Of a DNA stretch of 51,645 nt, positions 45,872 through 51,645 are shown piece by piece. Source of the DNA: Treponema sp. GTDB taxonomy: Bacteria > Spirochaetota > Spirochaetia > Treponematales > Breznakiellaceae. The translations under genes were made by a program, and so were the position numbers. Positions within the stretch are counted from its first letter, which is position 1, and each line of letters starts with the position of its first letter. The stretch covers positions 1 to 51,645 of the forward strand of contig JAIRQD010000028.1 in assembly GCA_031256655.1 (NCBI GenBank), given 5' to 3'. The notes beneath the pieces were generated by a model that was not told where the DNA came from, searched no databases, and was given only the letters and a program-made list of their open reading frames with translations.

Positions 45872-46841
45872 GCTATTTGAACGATTAAAAAAATTGCCGT
45901 TTTCGCTTTTTTTAAGCGCGATGTTTTTCGCCTCCTGTGCAACCGCCCCGCGGCTTCCTGCCCCGATTGCCGATGATGTGCCACAGGTGTTTTCGCTGAT
46001 GCCCGCAGGCGGAAGCCTTTACCTGTGGGCGGATGTTGAAGCAGGAAGACCGCTTTTGGATGCGCTTTACATTGGTGGTTTCAGCGCCAGTGATGCGGCG
46101 ATGGTGATTGACCGGACAGACGAAGCGGCGGCGGTTTTTTTTGGCGAGAGCGAAGAAAGGCGCTTTTTCATCGCGGCGATGGGAAGGTATCCACGCCACA
46201 GGGCAAATTACGCCTTTGCGTTTTCGCGCGCATGGAGACGCCAGAGGAGCTCTTACGGTGGAACGTTTTGGACTGACCGCAACGGCGAAATCGCCGTTTC
46301 TTTTGCGCGGCGTTTGGCGCTTGTTTCAAACATCGATCCGCTGGCTCAAATGGAAATTGCTACAATGCCTGAAGCGTTTACCCAGATTCGCGAAGGTTCA
46401 GCCCTTGCAGGCTGGCTCGTGAGCCCTTCAGATCATATCAACCGTATTTTAGCCGGTATGGGTGTTCCTTTGCAGATACCCGCTGAAGAGTTGTTCTTTG
46501 CGGCAATTCGCTCTCCGGCAGGCTGGACAGCGGACGGTTCCGGTCTTGAAGTCCACGAAGCGCTGTGGGAACTAACATTCAGAGTTAGAACGCCTTCAGC
46601 TTTTCACGCTGGCTTGCTGACAATGCTTTTCACCCAGGCAAGGCATCTTGTATTGCAAGCGGCAGCACTCGCCGCGCAAATGCCTGTGGAAAATCAGGCT
46701 TTAAGCTTTCAAGATGCCGCGGTAATGCTTTTTTCCAACGTTCCGGAGCAAGACGGGGAATTTATTACAATTCGCATAGATTCCTTAAGTGAGAACGATA
46801 TATCTTTACTTTTTGCCTTGTTTTCGGTATATTCAAATTAA
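45858..46841 (+). CDS. Hypothetical lipoprotein
   Basis: MFFASC lipobox. Overlaps the ileS 3' end by 14 nt. Confidence 0.6.
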   Translation: MKKYKLFERLKKLPFSLFLSAMFFASCATAPRLPAPIADDVPQVFSLMPAGGSLYLWADVEAGRPLLDALYIGGFSASDAAMVIDRTDEAAAVFFGESEERRFFIAAMGRYPRHRANYAFAFSRAWRRQRSSYGGTFWTDRNGEIAVSFARRLALVSNIDPLAQMEIATMPEAFTQIREGSALAGWLVSPSDHINRILAGMGVPLQIPAEELFFAAIRSPAGWTADGSGLEVHEALWELTFRVRTPSAFHAGLLTMLFTQARHLVLQAAALAAQMPVENQALSFQDAAVMLFSNVPEQDGEFITIRIDSLSENDISLLFALFSVYSN

Positions 46842-46882
46842 TTGCAAGAGGCTGTACACGCCTAAATTCAGCGGAGAATATT

Positions 46883-47248
46883 ATGCCGACTTACGAATAT
46901 GAATGTAAAAGCTGCAGTCATACTTTTGATGCATTTCAAAGCATGGCTGATGAACCGTTAAAAACTTGCCCAAAATGCGGCAAGCAAATACGCCGCCTTA
47001 TTAACGGCGGCACAGGCGTTATTTTTAAAGGCAGCGGTTTTTATGTAACTGACCGCGGCTCCAACCGGGCTTCCGTCGGCAAGACCGCCGACAAAACAAC
47101 GGACAGCCCAAACACCGATGCGCCTTCAAGGGCGGCGGAAACAAAAACGGCTGAACCGGCAACAACGGAAACAAAAACCGCAAGCGCTGACAATACGGCT
47201 GTTGCCTCATCCGCAAAGCCGGAAGCTCCTGTCAAAGCGGCAGAATAG
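46883..47248 (+). CDS. FmdB-family zinc-ribbon protein with a low-complexity tail
   Basis: MPTYEYECKSCSHTFDAFQSM...CPKCG. Confidence 0.85.
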   Translation: MPTYEYECKSCSHTFDAFQSMADEPLKTCPKCGKQIRRLINGGTGVIFKGSGFYVTDRGSNRASVGKTADKTTDSPNTDAPSRAAETKTAEPATTETKTASADNTAVASSAKPEAPVKAAE

Positions 47249-47277
47249 CGTAAACATACAGAAAAAGAAAGGTTTAG

Positions 47278-47601
47278 GTGTTTGGCAAACGGAAAATCAC
47301 AGAATTAGACCCACTTTTTTTTTGCGAGAGCTGTAGTGCCGAAGTTGAACGGGAAGCCAAAAGCTGTCCTGAGTGCGGAAAAAACTTCGCTTCTGTCCGC
47401 TGCCCAACCTGCAATTTTATCGGTGAAGTGGATTCATTTAAGGGGGGCTGCCCCGCGTGCGGATATGTTTCAGAAGATCAACCAAAGAAAAGACCCAAGG
47501 CAAAAAGACCCAAAGACGAGCCTTTACCACTTTGGGTTTACGTTATAACCGTGGCAATTTTTTCAGGTATTTTAGCCGCGTTGTTCATTACAATCTTTTA
47601 A
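47278..47601 (+). CDS. Double zinc-ribbon protein with a C-terminal TM anchor
   Basis: CESC...CPECG and CPTC...CPACG, then WVYVITVAIFSGILAALFITIF. GTG start. Confidence 0.6.
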   Translation: MFGKRKITELDPLFFCESCSAEVEREAKSCPECGKNFASVRCPTCNFIGEVDSFKGGCPACGYVSEDQPKKRPKAKRPKDEPLPLWVYVITVAIFSGILAALFITIF

Positions 47602-47618
47602 GTTTTTAGCGGGCAAGC

Positions 47619-47661
47619 GCGCAGCACAAGCTCTTTCAGACAGCTTGTACCCATTCTGCGC
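47619..47661. terminator. Composite hairpin between convergent genes (no U-tract)
   Basis: Inner stem ACAAGCT/AGCTTGT and outer stem GCGCAG/CTGCGC. Confidence 0.25.
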
Positions 47662-47665
47662 TTCC

Positions 47666-48823
47666 CTAGTATCTGAGCCTTTCAAGCATCTCGTTGACCG
47701 CAACATTCCGTATGCCTTGCCGCTGAAACTCTTCCAGCACCTCTATCGCCTCGCGCTTGTTGCCTTTTTTTTGGAAACACTCTGAAAGCTCCATGTACAA
47801 ACGGTAGTTTTTGGGATCCTGTTGAATAAGGCGCTTTAAAGACGTTTTAGCTTCTTCAAAACGCCCCTGAACTTTGGCGACAACCGCCATGCCCAAAACG
47901 GCGTAGGTGTCAAACTCAATGTCCAGCGCGCGCTGGTAGTAATCAACAGCTTTTTCAAGTTCTCCAAGAGTTCGGAACGCGTCTCCCGCGCGGGTAAGTA
48001 TCATTTTGTTGCGTGGATCCAGCACCAAAATGCGATCCCAGAACTCAAGTGACTTCGCTTGATCGTTTAAACCGCGATAGCAGTCGGCAAGCCCAAAAAG
48101 CGCGTACAGATTGCTTGGATCCCTGTCAAGCGCCATGTTAAAGTACTCGATGCCGCCGGCGAAGGTTTTCAGTTTGCGATGGCAGTTGCCAATGGATGTA
48201 AGCACCCTAATATCCACGCTGTTTCTGTTAAGCTCAAGCATCTTCGTCCAATAAGCCTGCGCTTCGCGGTATTCCTTAAAGTCATAATGCAGATGCCCAA
48301 GACCGATTATGGCGTAAGCGTTTAACTCATCCATTCCCATTACCCGAAGGTACACTTCTTTGGAGCGTTTGTAATCCCGCACCTTCCGATACGCGTCTGC
48401 CACACGCGTAAGAACCGTGATGTTTTTATTATCATAAAGCAGATACTGCTCCCAGATTCTAATGGCATCATGGAATTTGTTAAGCGCTTTGTAACAATCG
48501 GCAAGCCCAAAAAGCGCGTAATTGTTTCCGGGATGATGTTCAAGGCAGCGCTGATAGTACGCCACAGCGTTCCTGAAATTGGCCTGTTTTCTGTACGCGT
48601 CCCCAACGCCTACAAGCGCGTAATTGTTGTACTCATCAATTTCCAGAATCTGGTTGAAACAGGCAATGGCATCTGCCGTCCTGTTCTCCTTCAAAAGCTG
48701 GTAACCCGTTTTGGAGATGTTCGAGATGCGAAACTGGCCTTCGTCGGCCTGCTCAGCCGGCAGGACAGTTTGCACAGCGGTCTCGTTTTCCTGATTGTCG
48801 ATGATGTTGCTTTTGTTGCTCAA
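47666..48823 (-). CDS. TPR-repeat protein
   Basis: About ten 34-aa repeats (for example AIACFNQILEIDEYNNYALVGVGDAY). TTG start with GGGAG upstream. Confidence 0.75.
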   Translation of the reverse strand: MSNKSNIIDNQENETAVQTVLPAEQADEGQFRISNISKTGYQLLKENRTADAIACFNQILEIDEYNNYALVGVGDAYRKQANFRNAVAYYQRCLEHHPGNNYALFGLADCYKALNKFHDAIRIWEQYLLYDNKNITVLTRVADAYRKVRDYKRSKEVYLRVMGMDELNAYAIIGLGHLHYDFKEYREAQAYWTKMLELNRNSVDIRVLTSIGNCHRKLKTFAGGIEYFNMALDRDPSNLYALFGLADCYRGLNDQAKSLEFWDRILVLDPRNKMILTRAGDAFRTLGELEKAVDYYQRALDIEFDTYAVLGMAVVAKVQGRFEEAKTSLKRLIQQDPKNYRLYMELSECFQKKGNKREAIEVLEEFQRQGIRNVAVNEMLERLRY

Positions 48824-48828
48824 TGTAG

Positions 48829-49164
48829 TCAGCTCCCTTCGTTTCGAATCATGCTTTGAATGACGGCAGACAGCCGCGCGATGATAGGTTCAGCTTTTTT
48901 TCGATCGGGTGCTACCCAGTACATCCTTAGGGCGTCCAGGGGCCTTCCGTTCTGATTGTAATAATCGCCGACCCGGACAAGCCCGCCCGTATAACCTGTG
49001 GACAGGAATATCCTTCGCGCGCCCTCTATGTCACCAGAATTAAAAAGAGTGTTCCCCTTTCGGTTGAGGACTGCTTTTTGCCCCCCGTCAAGAACCACCT
49101 TCGCCGCAGTTTTTATAAATGTGCCTTCCCCCTGCACCTTCTCAAAAACGCTTTTAAAATCCAT
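48829..49164 (-). CDS. Hypothetical protein (111 aa)
   Basis: ORF within an operon context. No family recognised. Confidence 0.5.
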   Translation of the reverse strand: MDFKSVFEKVQGEGTFIKTAAKVVLDGGQKAVLNRKGNTLFNSGDIEGARRIFLSTGYTGGLVRVGDYYNQNGRPLDALRMYWVAPDRKKAEPIIARLSAVIQSMIRNEGS

Positions 49165-49231
49165 CCCTTAATTCCTTACTTTATACACGATGGCAACAAC
49201 AATATATATAAAATCTCTATTTTTGTCAAAT

Positions 49232-49768
49232 TTAATCGCAACAAATTTTAAAAAAAATCACTGCCGATCGCCCGTATTCCCGCGTCTCCTTTAACGTAAG
49301 CTTTTCCCCAAAATCACCTGAAACTTCACTTTTAGGGCAGTGCAAAAGGATGCGCGTTTCCCCATTGACCAGCACTGATGACGCGATAGACTTAAGTAAA
49401 CCCTCTTTGTGGCGGTAAGGAAATGGCGGATCACAAAAGATGATGTCAAAATGCCGCTTTGCCCGTTTTACATAAAGCTCCGCCGGCATAAACCGGCATT
49501 GGATTCTCACAGGAGACATCTTTATATTATCCAAAATTGAGTATCGTTTCAATGGATCATTTTCAACAGCTTCGATGTAGGAAGCCCCGCGCGAGGCAGC
49601 TTCCAATGCAACAATGCCTGATCCTGAAAAGATGTCCAAAAACGAAACGCCTTCCAGGTCTCCCAAAATTGCGAAAACCGATTCTCGCATTCTGTCCATA
49701 GCCGGACGTATTACGCCTTTGGAGAATTGGACCCTCCTGCCCTTTAGCGTCCCTCCGGTTATCCTCAT
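49232..49768 (-). CDS. rsmD: 16S rRNA (guanine966-N2)-methyltransferase
   Basis: MRITGGTLKGRRV...RPAMDRMRESVF...FCDPPF. Confidence 0.85.
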   Translation of the reverse strand: MRITGGTLKGRRVQFSKGVIRPAMDRMRESVFAILGDLEGVSFLDIFSGSGIVALEAASRGASYIEAVENDPLKRYSILDNIKMSPVRIQCRFMPAELYVKRAKRHFDIIFCDPPFPYRHKEGLLKSIASSVLVNGETRILLHCPKSEVSGDFGEKLTLKETREYGRSAVIFFKICCD

Positions 49769-49782
49769 TAAAACCTGCCTTT

Positions 49783-50226
49783 TTAAAATGCTTTTAAAAG
49801 CTCGTTTATCTCATCAGAACTCACTATTGGGCTTGCACTTCTAGCGCCAGAAGATAAACTTAGTTTCCCAATCAATGCGTGGCGATCGGCGCTGTTTTTT
49901 CTGCACAAAGCGACTTTTTCCTCCTCCGAAGGAAATCCGCGAATGGAAAAATTTCCGTCATGCTCAAGGAAATTATGCAAAATGCGGGAAAACTGCGCTT
50001 CAAAGTCCGAAAGCTGCTGTAAAAGCTCTTGCCTTTCAATGAGATGGCGGTTTTCCTCAAGGCACTCCAAAATGATCCGCAAAAGGTGGTCAGTGAAGAA
50101 AATATCATCGAGCGTTTTCTCAAGGAAAAAATTAGGTTCCGCATCAAGTGTAATGATGTCCTCAATGATTCGTATCCTCATCGAAAGGATAAAAAGGCTG
50201 TCTTCAAAGTTGACTCGTTTATTCAT
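49783..50226 (-). CDS. Hypothetical protein (147 aa from the revised start)
   Basis: AGGAGAG lies 7 nt upstream of the ATG at 50226. A TTTACA-17-TATAAT promoter lies inside the longer 50361 version. Confidence 0.55.
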   Translation of the reverse strand: MNKRVNFEDSLFILSMRIRIIEDIITLDAEPNFFLEKTLDDIFFTDHLLRIILECLEENRHLIERQELLQQLSDFEAQFSRILHNFLEHDGNFSIRGFPSEEEKVALCRKNSADRHALIGKLSLSSGARSASPIVSSDEINELLKAF

Positions 50227-50268
50227 GGTTACTCTCCTATCGACATTTTTTATCACATTCATTACGCA

Positions 50269-50297
50269 ATTATACCTGATAATACCGGCACTTGTAA
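50269..50297 (-). promoter_or_regulatory. Candidate sigma-70 promoter
   Basis: TTTACA-17-TATAAT on the minus strand, about 40 nt upstream of the ATG at 50226. Confidence 0.5.
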
Positions 50298-50321
50298 AAT
50301 TACCAGCATATTTGTAAGGCG

Positions 50322-50350
50322 CTTGTAAAAGTCCTGAAAATATTCTATGC
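50322..50350 (+). promoter_or_regulatory. Candidate promoter for rpsF-ssb-rpsR
   Basis: TTGTAA-17-TATGCT, about 65 nt upstream of the rpsF ATG. Confidence 0.4.
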
Positions 50351-50418
50351 TCATCTATCAAACCTCTTTGCCCGTTCTTTTATGAACAGGCCGAAATTAA
50401 CGTCCGTAGGGAGGACCC

Positions 50419-50730
50419 ATGCGTAAGTACGAGCTGATGGTCATTTTTCCGCTGGAGGAAGACCAGCACAAGGCAGGCCGGGAGCAGTTGCTTTCCGACT
50501 TAGGAAACAACGCTGCTGAAATCGAGAAAACCGATGAAATCGGGGATCGCGACCTGGCGTATGAAATCAAAAAGCGCACACGGGGAAAATATGTCCTTTT
50601 CACCTTAAAGGCAGACCCGTCCAAAATCACCGCTTTAGACAGGGTGTTCAAACTGAACACAAATCTTTTAAAGTACCTTTTTGTAAACATCGACGAAAAG
50701 GAAAAAAAGGAAAAGGAAAGCAATGGCTGA
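50419..50730 (+). CDS. rpsF: 30S ribosomal protein S6
   Basis: MRKYELMVIF...RDLAYEIKK. GGGAGG RBS. Confidence 0.95.
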   Translation: MRKYELMVIFPLEEDQHKAGREQLLSDLGNNAAEIEKTDEIGDRDLAYEIKKRTRGKYVLFTLKADPSKITALDRVFKLNTNLLKYLFVNIDEKEKKEKESNG

Positions 50731-51184
50731 TATAAACCACGTTGTCCTTGTCGGCAGGCTTACACGCGACGCGGAATTGAAGTACACCACCTCAGGGCAG
50801 GCTGTGTGCAAGTTTTCCATCGCGATAAACCGCCGGCGCAAAAATGGCGATCAGTGGGAAGATGAGGCAAACTTTTTTGATGTAGTTCTTTGGGGAAAAC
50901 AGGGCGAAGCTCTTAACCAGTACCTATTGAAGGGAAAACAGATTGGCGTTGACGGTGAGTTGCGCCAGGACAGATGGCAGCAGGACGGGCAAAACCGTTC
51001 CCGCATAGAAATAGTCGCAAACAACATCCAGCTTCTGGGCGGCGGCGGACAGGGAAACCAGGGGTCAAACGGCTCTTCAGGTGGAAGTTCGTACGGCAGC
51101 CGCGACGGGGGCGGACGGAACTCTGACTCGGGTTTCGCTCCTCCGGCAAGGGATGACAGTTTTACCGACGATATTCCATTTTAA
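50723..51184 (+). CDS. ssb: Single-stranded DNA-binding protein
   Basis: [19 protein letters not shown], a Gly-rich linker, and the DDIPF tip. Confidence 0.95.
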   Translation: MADINHVVLVGRLTRDAELKYTTSGQAVCKFSIAINRRRKNGDQWEDEANFFDVVLWGKQGEALNQYLLKGKQIGVDGELRQDRWQQDGQNRSRIEIVANNIQLLGGGGQGNQGSNGSSGGSSYGSRDGGGRNSDSGFAPPARDDSFTDDIPF

Positions 51185-51203
51185 CATTTACAGGGGTAAC
51201 AAT

Positions 51204-51572
51204 ATGTCTGATGAAAGAAACAATGAAAACGGTGAACGCACCACTGGCGAGCGCGGCGGCGAACGCTTTGTTCGGAATGACCGTGAACGTGGAGAACGCG
51301 GCGGTATGGATATTCAAATGGACGGGCGCGATGGCGATGATAGGCGCGGCGGCAAGGGCAAAGTCTTTTTTAAGAAAAAAGTCTGCAAGTTTTGCATCCA
51401 AAAACTGAAAAACGACTACAAAGACGCCGATACATTGCGCCGCTTTATCACTGAACGCGGGAAGATCCTTCCCCGGCGCATTACCGGCACCTGCGCCAAA
51501 CACCAGCGTGATCTGGCGCTGTCCATAAAGCGGGCAAGGATGCTGGCGCTCCTGCCTTTTGTCGCCAACTAA
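51204..51572 (+). CDS. rpsR: 30S ribosomal protein S18 with an N-terminal R/G/E-rich extension
   Basis: Core reads CKFC...[49 protein letters not shown]. Start taken at the ATG at 51204, after GGGG. Confidence 0.85.
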   Translation: MSDERNNENGERTTGERGGERFVRNDRERGERGGMDIQMDGRDGDDRRGGKGKVFFKKKVCKFCIQKLKNDYKDADTLRRFITERGKILPRRITGTCAKHQRDLALSIKRARMLALLPFVAN

Positions 51573-51645
51573 TATCACTTGGACGGCAATAAGTCCGAAT
51601 TCTCCGGGGCAGCCGCGTTTGAAGAAGCGGCGGCTTTCGGGAATG

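Noticed and set aside
1-51645. CRISPR arrays, tRNA, rRNA, tmRNA
   Set aside because: By eye I found no regularly spaced direct repeats and no T-loop (GTTCGAATC-like) motifs in any intergenic gap. A tRNAscan or Infernal run would be needed to be definitive.

Overview
This 51.6 kb window is densely coding and mostly housekeeping. Its gene content reads as spirochaete (Treponema-like), which is my inference from a TatT-type TRAP system, a type-2 IleRS, loose lipoboxes and bactofilin. Calls rest on motifs read by eye in the supplied translations; no searches were run. Recognisable genes, in order: a LysM/degenerate-M23 protein, a short sigma-70, a TatT-associated TRAP transporter, tsaD, a YibQ-like deacetylase, the rpoN-hpf pair, a HAD hydrolase, an rRNA methyltransferase, the rho-rpmE pair, an lnt/receiver/bactofilin/cinA-C operon, HU and rpsT. 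Then come nudC, an AT-richer accessory stretch at about 20-30 kb, a fadD-like ligase, an HD-dNTPase-like/ComFB pair, a PilZ-like protein, and a long minus-strand operon running mlaE-mlaF-mlaD, TPR lipoprotein, YibE/F, ettA, STAS. The window ends with type-2 ileS, zinc-ribbon proteins, a TPR protein, rsmD and rpsF-ssb-rpsR. I saw no rRNA, tRNA or CRISPR array. The only mobile element is a truncated ISL3-family copy at about 24.9-25.9 kb, flanked by two 3'-truncated genes. The best candidates for undescribed biology are two. (1) A tight operon of an ACAD-fold protein lacking the canonical catalytic Glu, a signal-less PhnD-fold protein, and a catalytic-domain-only MetE homologue that the IS-linked deletion has broken in this strain. 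(2) An overlapping HD (SAMHD1/dGTPase-like) gene and a ComFB fusion gene. Smaller points are an unannotated 56-aa Cys4 ORF, a ~215-aa acidic N-terminal extension on Rho, an extended S18, two leaderless-looking promoters and several start-codon revisions. No classical defence or toxin system was recognised.
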